Positions 10,414 to 18,575 of a stretch of DNA of 64,000 bases are shown one piece after another (within the stretch, counting starts at the first letter, position 1; each line of letters begins with the position of its first letter). The notes under the pieces were generated by a model, which was not told the DNA's origin, ran no database searches, and saw only the letters and a list, made by a program, of their open reading frames with translations. Source of the DNA: an uncultured Actinomycetes bacterium (GTDB lineage: Bacteria > Actinomycetota > Thermoleophilia > Gaiellales > Gaiellaceae); NCBI GenBank assembly GCA_963708005.1, contig CAVPRY010000006.1, positions 221,138 to 285,137 on the forward strand. Reading direction: 5' to 3'. The position numbers and the translations under genes were made by a program.

Positions 10414-11043
10414 TCAGGCTACCCGGCGGTCGGGGAGCCGCTTCCGCGGCGCTCCGATGTCGTCCCGCTGCTCGTACTGCACGGGGGCGTCTGTGCCGAT
10501 GACCGGAGACCTCGGCAAGGAGTCAGGCCTCGTCTGGCGGAGCTCCGGGTACAGCAGCCGCGCCGCGAGGCTCCCACCCTCGACGTCCCTCAGCGGGAAG
10601 CCCGCCGGGTTCCCGACGGCGATGGGCGCCTCCCGGCCGAGCCTTGCCAGCGTCAGCGTGCCCCGCGTGTAGACCTCGCCGATCCGCGGCGCCTGGACCG
10701 TGGCGCTCTCGGGAAAGTTCCTGAAGCCTGCGGCGGCGGCGCCGGCGTACAGGCCGTCGACGAGGCCGACGGCGTCCATCATGCCGGCCTTCTTCACGAG
10801 TAGGCCCTCGAGCAGGTCGACGCCGGCATCGAGTTGCTCGTTGATCGCCGTGACAACGCCGTTGACCGGCGCGCTCTTCTCGACGATCCCGCTTACGTGG
10901 ACGATCACCTCGTCCAGGCCGCCCGTGATCTTTCGAAGCTGCACGATCACCGAGACGAGGTAGAAGACGAGCGCAACGACGATCAGCACGACGGCCAGGA
11001 TCGTGACCACGCCCGCCGCCGCGACTGCCAACACAGGTGTCAT
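10414..11043 (-). CDS. Hypothetical single-pass membrane protein with helical segment and C-terminal extension (gene 5 of 5)
   Basis: ATG at 11043 in an ATGA overlap; N-terminal hydrophobic run, amphipathic helix containing AINEQ; 209 aa. Confidence 0.8.
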   Translation of the reverse strand: MTPVLAVAAAGVVTILAVVLIVVALVFYLVSVIVQLRKITGGLDEVIVHVSGIVEKSAPVNGVVTAINEQLDAGVDLLEGLLVKKAGMMDAVGLVDGLYAGAAAAGFRNFPESATVQAPRIGEVYTRGTLTLARLGREAPIAVGNPAGFPLRDVEGGSLAARLLYPELRQTRPDSLPRSPVIGTDAPVQYEQRDDIGAPRKRLPDRRVA

Positions 11044-11312
11044 CGTTCCCCCTGGCGAGCGTCGTCGAGGATCATGTCGAGCGAGCCGCCGTAGTTCGCG
11101 ACTCCGGCAACGGTCTGGGTCACCTGGTCCTGCGTCGTCAGCAGCAGCGCGGCGGCGTCGAGGTCCTTCGAGCCTGCGGCCGCCACCGTTGCGATCTCCT
11201 TCACGCTCGGGACGATGCTTTGGGCCGCCTTCAGGACGCCGTGGAGCAGGTACACGACGACCGGGACGACCACCAGCAGCAGGACGAGGTCTCCGATCCA
11301 CCAGAGGATCAT
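11040..11312 (-). CDS. Small single-pass membrane protein (gene 4 of 5)
   Basis: MILWWIGDLVLLLVVVPVVVYLLHGVL followed by a helical tail; ATGA overlaps at both ends; 90 aa. Confidence 0.8.
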   Translation of the reverse strand: MILWWIGDLVLLLVVVPVVVYLLHGVLKAAQSIVPSVKEIATVAAAGSKDLDAAALLLTTQDQVTQTVAGVANYGGSLDMILDDARQGER

Positions 11313-11587
11313 CGCGGCCTCCGCTCGGCAACGATCGCCGCCTTGCGGGCGATCCCCGGCAGGGCGCCGAGGATGATGTCGAACTGCTCGTTGATCGCCT
11401 TCACGGCGCCCTCCAGCGGACGCAGGTGCTGCGACTCGACCCCCTGCAGCGCGGATGCCAGCGTCGCGAGCCCCTCGGAGATCCTCGTCAATCCCCTGCG
11501 CACCTCGATCAGAGCGACGGCCAGCACGAGCACGACGCCCGCCGCCAGCACGACGCTCAGAAGGACCAGGACGTCGGTGCTGCTCAT
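11309..11587 (-). CDS. Small single-pass membrane protein (gene 3 of 5)
   Basis: MSSTDVLVLLSVVLAAGVVLVLAVALI followed by a helix containing AINEQ; ATGA overlaps; 92 aa. Confidence 0.8.
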   Translation of the reverse strand: MSSTDVLVLLSVVLAAGVVLVLAVALIEVRRGLTRISEGLATLASALQGVESQHLRPLEGAVKAINEQFDIILGALPGIARKAAIVAERRPR

Positions 11588-11883
11588 GCCGCATCACCGA
11601 ATCCGTCGGTAAGCGCGTTCATGTAACCGTCCTGTACCACCGCTTCGTCCACGATCAGCGCCAGCACGGGCGCCGTCGCCTCGAGCTGCGGGATGTTCGC
11701 CGTGTTCGCGGCAACCTGGCCCGCGATCTCCAGCAAGCCGTCGACCGATTTCTCGATGCTCCTGACCGCCTGCAGGAGCACGGCCAGCAGGATGGCGACG
11801 ATCACCGCCGCACCGAGAGCGATGCTCAGGGCGATCACCCAATAGTCGTTGAAGGACAGCGCGGCGAGGAGGAAGGCTGTCAT
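11584..11883 (-). CDS. Small single-pass membrane protein (gene 2 of 5)
   Basis: WVIALSIALGAAVIVAILLAVLL followed by a helical tail; ATGA overlaps; 99 aa. Confidence 0.8.
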   Translation of the reverse strand: MTAFLLAALSFNDYWVIALSIALGAAVIVAILLAVLLQAVRSIEKSVDGLLEIAGQVAANTANIPQLEATAPVLALIVDEAVVQDGYMNALTDGFGDAA

Positions 11884-12143
11884 TTTCCGACCGCCACCTT
11901 TCGCAGTGACCGGGCAGCGTGCAGGATCCTCACCCCCGAGTCGTTGATCCGCGCGATGCCGCCGAGCTCGGCTGTCTGCTGGCGCACCATGTCGACCGCC
12001 TGCTCCGCCGTCCTGGCCTGCTTGGCGATCCGGATCGCGAGCACGTCGATCACGATCACGATCACCGCAGCCACCGCGATCACCACGATGCCCAGCCCGA
12101 TCCCGACCTGCCAGGCGGTGGCCGATCCCGTCAACATGGGCAC
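11880..12143 (-). CDS. Small single-pass membrane protein (gene 1 of 5); alternative ATG at 12137
   Basis: WQVGIGLGIVVIAVAAVIVIVI followed by a helical tail containing ARINDS. Confidence 0.78.
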   Translation of the reverse strand: MPMLTGSATAWQVGIGLGIVVIAVAAVIVIVIDVLAIRIAKQARTAEQAVDMVRQQTAELGGIARINDSGVRILHAARSLRKVAVGK

Positions 12144-12511
12144 GCGACACCGTGAGATTGTCGAGCCGGGGAGGGAATAGCCCGGCTGGTCATCTGGTGC
12201 CCTCCTGTCCCTGTGGCCTTGACCTCAGCATCCATAGCTCGTTCGGCGATGACAGCAGGATCCGCAGCGCCGAGCACAGACTGAGCCGGTCTCGCTCCGT
12301 CGGGCCGACCCTAACACCGAGGGCAACGCAGTCCAAGTCGTTCCGGCACTGGACGAGAGCGGGCCAACGAGAGAAGCCGGCTCGGGTCTGACGCCACTCT
12401 GGATGGGCGTCCTTGTGGAGCGGAGTCGCGCAGGAGTCGAACGGGCCGAGCCGTTGGTCAGGCGACGTCGGCGACGGCCCGATGTTCGCCCGAGTTCGTA
12501 GGATCGGTTCG

Positions 12512-12977
12512 GTGGCGCCTGGGGAGGTCAAGTTGGCTTTTGCGCAGGCTGCGGCCGACGACGGGATCGTGCTCGGAAGTCAATCGTTCGACTGGCTGTG
12601 CGAGCAGGGCCACGTCGGACTCGAGCGCGTGGCGAAGGCCCGGCGCGACTCGGCGCTCGTCGGGCCGCTGACGTCCGCGCTCGAGCTCTCGGCGCGATCC
12701 ATGCTCGCCTCAGGGGCGATCTCTCGGTCCTATACGCGTCGCGCGAGAACGTCGCGCTTGGTGCTCGAGAACCGATGGCCTCGTACGCGGCCTCCCGGCA
12801 AAGGGGTTCGGATTCGGGGGCGTGCAGCGCGAGCGGGCGCACCACGATGCGCTGCGTGACCTCGCCACTCCGGCCATGGGCCACCCGCCGCTCGTTCGGA
12901 TCGCGGCCGTCGACGGCGATGGGGCGGCCGCCTACCGGCGCCACCGGGCGTCACTGCTGGTGCTTCTGGGCTCCTGA
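12512..12977 (+). pseudogene. Degraded hypothetical gene on the strand opposite the cox accessory genes
   Basis: TAGGAT shortly before a GTG; protein-like pieces in shifting frames (AFAQAAADDGIVLGSQSFDWLCEQGH; HARLRGDL; HDALRDLATPAMGHPPLVRIAAVDGDG). Confidence 0.4.
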
Positions 12978-12978
12978 C

Positions 12979-13233
12979 TCAGCGAGCGGGCGCTTCGTAG
13001 CCGTCGATCACGGACACGTTGACCGTCGAGCACCGTCCGCAGCGGACGCGGACCTTTCTTGTCATCTGCACCGGGTGCATCGCCGTGGCCAGGACGTTGC
13101 CGCACTGGACGCAGACGTAGTCGTCCGGGCCGTTGCCATGGAAGACGGGCCTGTCGGCGTCTTCCTGGATTGCGGTCCCGCCGTCGAATGGCACTTCTCC
13201 TTCGCGTATCCGACGCATCGTGATGGTCGCCAT
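12979..13233 (-). CDS. Small zinc-ribbon-like protein
   Basis: CVQC...CGRC cysteine pairs; starts 11 bp after the coxG stop; 84 aa. Confidence 0.7.
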   Translation of the reverse strand: MATITMRRIREGEVPFDGGTAIQEDADRPVFHGNGPDDYVCVQCGNVLATAMHPVQMTRKVRVRCGRCSTVNVSVIDGYEAPAR

Positions 13234-13244
13234 GACTTGCCGGA

Positions 13245-13676
13245 TCAGATCTCGCCGAGCTTTCCGGCGAAGTCCTTGATCAGCGCGTCCAGCACGCCGA
13301 CGACGACTCCCTCGCCCATCGACGCAGCCTTGCCCGTGATCTGCGCATTGGTATGGATCGTCCCGCCGCCGTCCGCGAGCGCGAATGCGACGGTGGCGTT
13401 CGCGTGTCCCTGACCGCCGGCCTCCTTGGACTTGACGCTCATGACCACGCGATAGGCGGCCGCGTCCTGCTCGACGATCTCCACGGTGCCAGTGAAGGTC
13501 ATCGACATCGCTCCCATCTTGACCTTGATCTCGGCCCTGACGGAGTCGGGCCCGGTCGACTCGAGCACGCTGCCTCCCTCGACGCAGGGTACGACGCGCT
13601 CGAGGTCGAGGATCGCCGCGTAGCTCTCGTCGATCGGCTTGGCAGTGGAGAACGGATGATCAAGCTCTACGGCCAT
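13245..13676 (-). CDS. coxG: CoxG/SRPBCC family protein without a C-terminal membrane anchor
   Basis: ILDLERVVPCVEGG...IKVKMGAMSMTFTGTVEI...GQG.ANA...ITGKAASMGEGV; GAGGAGG RBS; ends at 143 aa. Confidence 0.8.
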   Translation of the reverse strand: MAVELDHPFSTAKPIDESYAAILDLERVVPCVEGGSVLESTGPDSVRAEIKVKMGAMSMTFTGTVEIVEQDAAAYRVVMSVKSKEAGGQGHANATVAFALADGGGTIHTNAQITGKAASMGEGVVVGVLDALIKDFAGKLGEI

Positions 13677-13809
13677 GGCGCCTCCTCAGCGAGGGGTGTG
13701 CGAGTGATCGCGGATCTCCTCACGTTTACTGATCAGACAGGATCGATGCATTCTATTGTCTTTCCTCGTCACCCAGATCAGGCGGAAATTCATCATCTAG
13801 GCTCCGCGC

Positions 13810-14592
13810 GTGGCGATCGAGCCAGGCACGCACAAGCTCGGGCCCGACCACTACACCCTCTCGGTGAGAACGACGCGCACCGGCGCCGCGGCCAAAGCCG
13901 GACACGACCTCCTGATCTACGTCACCGCCTGGCAGGCGACGCTCGAGGTCGGCGAGGATCCCGCGCTCACCAGCATCGCGCTCGACGCAGACGCCACCTC
14001 TCTTCGCGTGCGTGAGGGCACCGGGGGGATGCAGGCGCTCGGCGCCGACGACATGGAGAGCATCGAGCAGACGATCGACGACGAAGTCTTGAAGGGGGAG
14101 AGCATCGAGTTCCGCTCGACCTCGGTGCAGACCGCCGCCGACGGCAGCCGGATGAGCGTGCAGGGCGAGCTGACGCTCGTCGGCAAGACCTGCCCGATCG
14201 AAGTCGACGTCACGGTCGGCGCTGACGGCAAGCTCGGGGGCCGCGCCGTCGTCAAGCAGACCGACTGGGGAATCACGCCCTACTCGACGCTGTTCGGAGC
14301 CTTGAAGGTCGTCGACGAGGTCGAGGTCGTGATCGACGCCACCTCCGAGGCGGGCGAAGGACCCGAATCGGCCGACCCCGGCGACGCAGGATCGCCGCTG
14401 CACCGCCGCGCACCGAGCATCGGCCATGCCGTCTCGAGCTTCCTCTGGGCGCTCTTCTTCTTCCTCTTCCTCTGGTTCGGCATGGTCGCCGTCGATGTAT
14501 CCCACGGCACCGCGCTGCCCCTCGCCCTCGTGGCGGCGTTCCTCATCTTCCTGTTCGTCCACAGCCGGGGCGCGAACCGTCAGCAGATCTGA
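13810..14592 (+). CDS. YceI family polyisoprenoid-binding protein with linker and two C-terminal transmembrane helices
   Basis: TGAAAKAGHDL...VQGELTLVG...VKQTDWGITPYSTLFGALKVVDEVEV YceI-like barrel; acidic Pro/Gly linker; FLWALFFFLFLWFGMV and LALVAAFLIFLFV; no signal peptide; TAGGCT 6 nt before the GTG. Confidence 0.8.
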   Translation: MAIEPGTHKLGPDHYTLSVRTTRTGAAAKAGHDLLIYVTAWQATLEVGEDPALTSIALDADATSLRVREGTGGMQALGADDMESIEQTIDDEVLKGESIEFRSTSVQTAADGSRMSVQGELTLVGKTCPIEVDVTVGADGKLGGRAVVKQTDWGITPYSTLFGALKVVDEVEVVIDATSEAGEGPESADPGDAGSPLHRRAPSIGHAVSSFLWALFFFLFLWFGMVAVDVSHGTALPLALVAAFLIFLFVHSRGANRQQI

Positions 14593-14631
14593 GCGGCGGA
14601 GGGCTCTCTCGGCCGCCCAAGCTGCCACGTC

Positions 14632-15093
14632 TCAGCCGGTGTAGACGGTCTGTGCGTCGAGGCCGCCCTCGACGCCCGGCGGTAGTACGCCGGTGCCGTG
14701 CGCATAGAGAGCGATCTCCTCGATCGTCTTGACCTGCGTGGGGTCGCCTCCAGCCACCCTCACCCACGCCCCGTTCGACCACTCGAGGGTCTCGGGTGGG
14801 GTTTCGAGCGCCGCGCCCGCGAGCAGCTGCGCCTTGGCGCGAATCTTGTCGGCGGCGCTGACGATCGCCGCCGAGGTGCCCTCGGCTGGGCTGGTGTTGT
14901 AGCCGTGACCTACCCCGAAGCGGTCCGTGTCCGCTGGAACTACCTTGACGTCCAGCGCAGGGATACCGAGCTCGTCAGCCACGAGCTGAGCGTACTGGGC
15001 CTCCTTCCCGTCGGACTCGGTGGTCAAGCTGAGCACCATCTTGCCGGTCGGGTGGACGCGCAGAAAGACTGCTCGGTACGCCTCGTTGGCCAT
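14632..15093 (-). CDS. Stand-alone molybdopterin-binding-domain protein homologous to an internal CoxL segment
   Basis: Own AAGGAG RBS; LRVHPTGK...AQLVADELGIP...DTDR...EGGLDAQ aligns by eye with CoxL LRVHPSGK...AQIVAEELGIP...DTDR...EGGLDAQ; 153 aa. Confidence 0.8.
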   Translation of the reverse strand: MANEAYRAVFLRVHPTGKMVLSLTTESDGKEAQYAQLVADELGIPALDVKVVPADTDRFGVGHGYNTSPAEGTSAAIVSAADKIRAKAQLLAGAALETPPETLEWSNGAWVRVAGGDPTQVKTIEEIALYAHGTGVLPPGVEGGLDAQTVYTG

Positions 15094-15126
15094 CGCCGCA
15101 TCTCCTTGTGGTCGGTGGGTCACTGC

Positions 15127-15315
15127 TCATCGCTCGGCCCGGGCCGCGCCGCCGGGGCTCTCGTTTGCGAGGCGCTGGCGCTCCTGGTGGGCGGTTAGTG
15201 CGTTGTGCTCTTCCAAGTCGCAGAAAGACGGCTGCGGTCCGCCGAGCGGGTTCGGAAGCGCCGCGGGTCGCTCGCAGCCGGGGTAGATGCACGTCTTGGC
15301 GGCGGCCTCATTCAT
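15127..15315 (-). CDS. Small Cys/His protein
   Basis: Overlaps the coxE stop; CIYPGC...FCDLEEH; 62 aa. Confidence 0.6.
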   Translation of the reverse strand: MNEAAAKTCIYPGCERPAALPNPLGGPQPSFCDLEEHNALTAHQERQRLANESPGGAARAER

Positions 15316-16690
15316 CGGTCACCCACCCGGGAGTGGTGTTGCCCCTGCTCGGACCCTGCCCGCTGGGCATGGCGACCGAGCTGCCCGGGAGCGGGGTCGC
15401 GCTGGCCCACGGCTCTGGCTCGTCAGGAACGGCGGTCGGCGCCGGCGGCGGCCAGTAACCTGACGACTGCGCCGCGATGGCGTCAGCGACCTCACCGAGG
15501 GCCTCGAAGCTGTGGCCGCTCACGAGCGCGTCGCAGTGTGGCAGCGCCGCCACCATGCCGCCGGCCTGTACCGAGAACGCGCTGGCTCCGACACGAGGGT
15601 TGACCCAGACGATCCGGTGTGCGAGGCGCGCCAATCGAGCCATCTCCCGCCCCACGAGCATCGGGTCGCCGCGCTCCCAGCCGTCGGAGAGGATCACGAT
15701 CACGGCGCCGCGGGCCATCCCGCGACGTCCGTGCCGGTCGTTGAACTCCTTCAGCGCGTCGCCGATCCGGGTTCCGCTCGACCAATCGGGCGCGGCGGCT
15801 GCCGCGCGCTGGATCGCGCGCTCCGGGTTGCGAGAAGCCAGCGCGCGGGTGAGGCGGGTCAGCCGCGTGGCGAACACGAACGCCTCGGCGTTCCGACCGC
15901 TGCCGGCGGCACAGGTCAGGAACTGCAGGTAGGCGCGCGCGTAGGGCTCCATCGAGCCAGAGATGTCGCACAGCAGCACGAGTCTCCGGCGGGCGATGCG
16001 TCGGCGTCGACGTGCGAGTCGGATCGGATCGCCCGCCGTGCGCAGGCTGGTACGGAGGGTCCGCCGCATGTCGATCCGCGCTCCGCGGCTTCCTTTCTCG
16101 TAGCGGCGCGTTTGCCGAAGCGGGGTTGCGAGCTCCAGGCGCGACATCAGCCGGTAGAGCTGTGCGAGCTCGTGCGGCTCGAGTGCGTCGAAGCTCTTGC
16201 GTCCCAGCAGCTCCTCGTCGCTCGCCATCGCCAACGGCACCTCGACCTCGGCAGGATCCTCGTCGTCGCCGCGCTCGCCGGCCGGTGGCGACGACACGCT
16301 CGTACTCGGGGCTTCTTCATCCGAGTCCCGGGACGAGGCCCGGTGCTCGGACTTCGGCCGGTCGTCCGGCGGCGCGGCGACGGTCCGCGGGTCAACGGGG
16401 GCGAAGTCCTCGCCTTGCGTTCGACCGCCGAAGACCGCGAAGAACACCTCGTCGAAAGCCTTGACCTGTGCCGGATCGGACACGAATACCGCACGGGCGG
16501 TCCAGTACAGCCGTCGGCGCGTGATCGGCCGGACCAGCGTGAGCGCCCGTGCGAAGTCGGCCGATCGTCCGGGCGTGATCGGCAAGCCGTCATCGTGCAG
16601 GCGCCGACTCAGTGCCCCGACCAGCGACGGCAGGTCGAGGTGGATCGTCTCGACCCCGAACACCCCGTTGGACATAGCCACGTCAGTCAC
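15308..16690 (-). CDS. coxE: CoxE VWA-domain accessory protein
   Basis: IDMRRTLR, DISGSM (MIDAS), FATRLTRLT, WSSGTRIG, SDGWERG and WVNP motifs. Confidence 0.92.
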   Translation of the reverse strand: MTDVAMSNGVFGVETIHLDLPSLVGALSRRLHDDGLPITPGRSADFARALTLVRPITRRRLYWTARAVFVSDPAQVKAFDEVFFAVFGGRTQGEDFAPVDPRTVAAPPDDRPKSEHRASSRDSDEEAPSTSVSSPPAGERGDDEDPAEVEVPLAMASDEELLGRKSFDALEPHELAQLYRLMSRLELATPLRQTRRYEKGSRGARIDMRRTLRTSLRTAGDPIRLARRRRRIARRRLVLLCDISGSMEPYARAYLQFLTCAAGSGRNAEAFVFATRLTRLTRALASRNPERAIQRAAAAAPDWSSGTRIGDALKEFNDRHGRRGMARGAVIVILSDGWERGDPMLVGREMARLARLAHRIVWVNPRVGASAFSVQAGGMVAALPHCDALVSGHSFEALGEVADAIAAQSSGYWPPPAPTAVPDEPEPWASATPLPGSSVAMPSGQGPSRGNTTPGWVTDE

Positions 16691-17606
16691 CGTCTCGCAC
16701 GAGCCGCTCGAGGCCGGCTGCGCGGACGACCTCCTGGTCCTCGCTGTACTTCAGCACCGACCCGAGGGTGCGGTCCACGGCCGCGGCGTCCAGGTGCTCG
16801 ATGCCGAGCAGATTCAGAGCTGCAAGCCAGTCGATCGCCTCGGCCACCCCCGGCGGCTTCTGCACGTCGCTGTCGCGCAGGCGCGAGACGGCGTTTGCGA
16901 CCTGTACCGCCAGCGTCTCCGACGAGCCCTTGACCCGGCGCCGCACGATCTCCACCTCGCGCTGTGGGGTCGGGTACGCGATCCAGTGGTAGAGGCAGCG
17001 GCGCTTGACCGCGTCGTGCAGGTCGCGCGTCCGGTTGGAGGTGAGCACGATGATCGGCGGATGCGTGGCTCGGATCGTGCCGAGCTCGGGGATCGTCACG
17101 CTCGCGTCCGCGAGCAGCTCGAGCAGGAACGCTTCGAAGTCGTCGTCGGCCCGGTCGATCTCGTCGATCAGCAGCACCGCTGGCCGGGGACCCGGGTGCT
17201 CGAGCGCGCGCAGGAGCGGGCGACGGATGAGATAGTCGGGGCCGAACAGCTCCTCCTCGCCGAGGGTCGTGTCGCGGGAGTCGGCGAGGCGGATGCTCAG
17301 CAGCTGGCGCGGGTAGTTCCACTCGTACAGCGCCTCCGCCGCGTCGATCCCCTCGTAGCACTGCAGGCGGATCAGCGGCGTGTCGAGCACGACCGCCAAC
17401 GACTTTGCGGCCTCCGTCTTGCCGACACCCGCCTCGCCCTCGAGCAGCAAGGGCTGCGGCAGGCCTACGCTCAGGAACATCGACGTCGCCAGCCCTTCGT
17501 CGACGAGGTAGTCGACGTCGGCGAGACGCCGGGCGAGGGTCTCGATGTCGGGCACGAGCCGGCGGATCTCGCCGGCCGCCTCGCCCGTGACCTCGCCCGG
17601 GGCCAT
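16683..17606 (-). CDS. coxD: CoxD MoxR-family AAA+ ATPase
   Basis: GEAGVGKT, RLQCYEG, YEWNY, LLIDEIDR and LTSNRTRDLHDAVKRRC motifs. Confidence 0.92.
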   Translation of the reverse strand: MAPGEVTGEAAGEIRRLVPDIETLARRLADVDYLVDEGLATSMFLSVGLPQPLLLEGEAGVGKTEAAKSLAVVLDTPLIRLQCYEGIDAAEALYEWNYPRQLLSIRLADSRDTTLGEEELFGPDYLIRRPLLRALEHPGPRPAVLLIDEIDRADDDFEAFLLELLADASVTIPELGTIRATHPPIIVLTSNRTRDLHDAVKRRCLYHWIAYPTPQREVEIVRRRVKGSSETLAVQVANAVSRLRDSDVQKPPGVAEAIDWLAALNLLGIEHLDAAAVDRTLGSVLKYSEDQEVVRAAGLERLVRDGD

Positions 17607-18575
17607 CACTCCTCCGCGAGTGCGGGCACGTGCTCTGCCTGGAACTTTGCCGCGCAGCCCTCGCAGCAGAAGTACACCGTCTCGCCGTCGTACTCCACCG
17701 AAGGTGTGCTCGCGAGGGCAGCGACCGTCATCCCGCAGATCGGGTCGACCGCGAGCGGCGGTGGGCTGGAGGACGGGTTCGGTGGAGCCGGGAGGCGCGC
17801 GTCGTCGGATACCGCGGCGCGTTCTCCGCGTCGCACGGCAACGATCGTCGCGAGGATCGACAGCGCGATCTCGGCGGGGGTGCGGGCGCCGATGTCGATT
17901 CCGGCGGGCACGTCGATCTGCTCGAGGTGCTCCTCGGAGACCCCGTCGGCGCGCAGCTCGGCGATCACTCCGGCGCCGCGCTTGCGGCTGGCCACGAGGC
18001 CGATGTACGGCACGCCCGCCTCGAGCCCGCGCCGCAGCGTGTGCAGCTCGTCTCGCCCGTGCGCCGCGACGACGAGCGCGAGATCGCCGGGCGTCGGCTC
18101 CGGAGCACCTCCGTCGACGGGGACGAGATCGAGCCCGAGCTCCGCGCCGACCGACAGCACTGCGGCCGCGATCGGTGTGTCGCCCACGACCAGGACACGC
18201 GGCGTCGGGAGCACCGGCTCGAGGAAGATCTCGATCGCGCCCCCGGACAGGCACGGGTTCTGGGCCGTCACGGCTCCCTCCTCGACCGGGACCTCCCGAC
18301 CGGTTTCGCGGGTCTTCGCCGACGGCTCCGTCGGGAACGATTCGCAACAGGACCGCCTCCTCGGTCTCGATCGCCTTCAGCGAATACGCACGAACGCTTT
18401 GCTGCGCACACACCCCGCCGACGAACCCCTCGATCGTTCCGTCGCCGAGCACGAGCGCGACCTCTCCCGCCTTGACGCTCGTCGGGCGCTGTGCCCGCAC
18501 GACCGTGGCGATCACGAACGCCGTGCCCTCAGCTGCGAGCTCCCTGGCTCGCTGCGAGACGGCGTCGGTCATCAT
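17606..18575 (-). CDS. XdhC/CoxF-CoxI family Moco chaperone with C-terminal YHS domain (one frameshift near 18300)
   Basis: ATVVRAQRPTS...GFVGGVCA / NPCLSGG...YIGLVASRKR...PAGIDIGARTPAEIALSILA...DPICGM...YFCCEGCAAKF. Confidence 0.88.
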
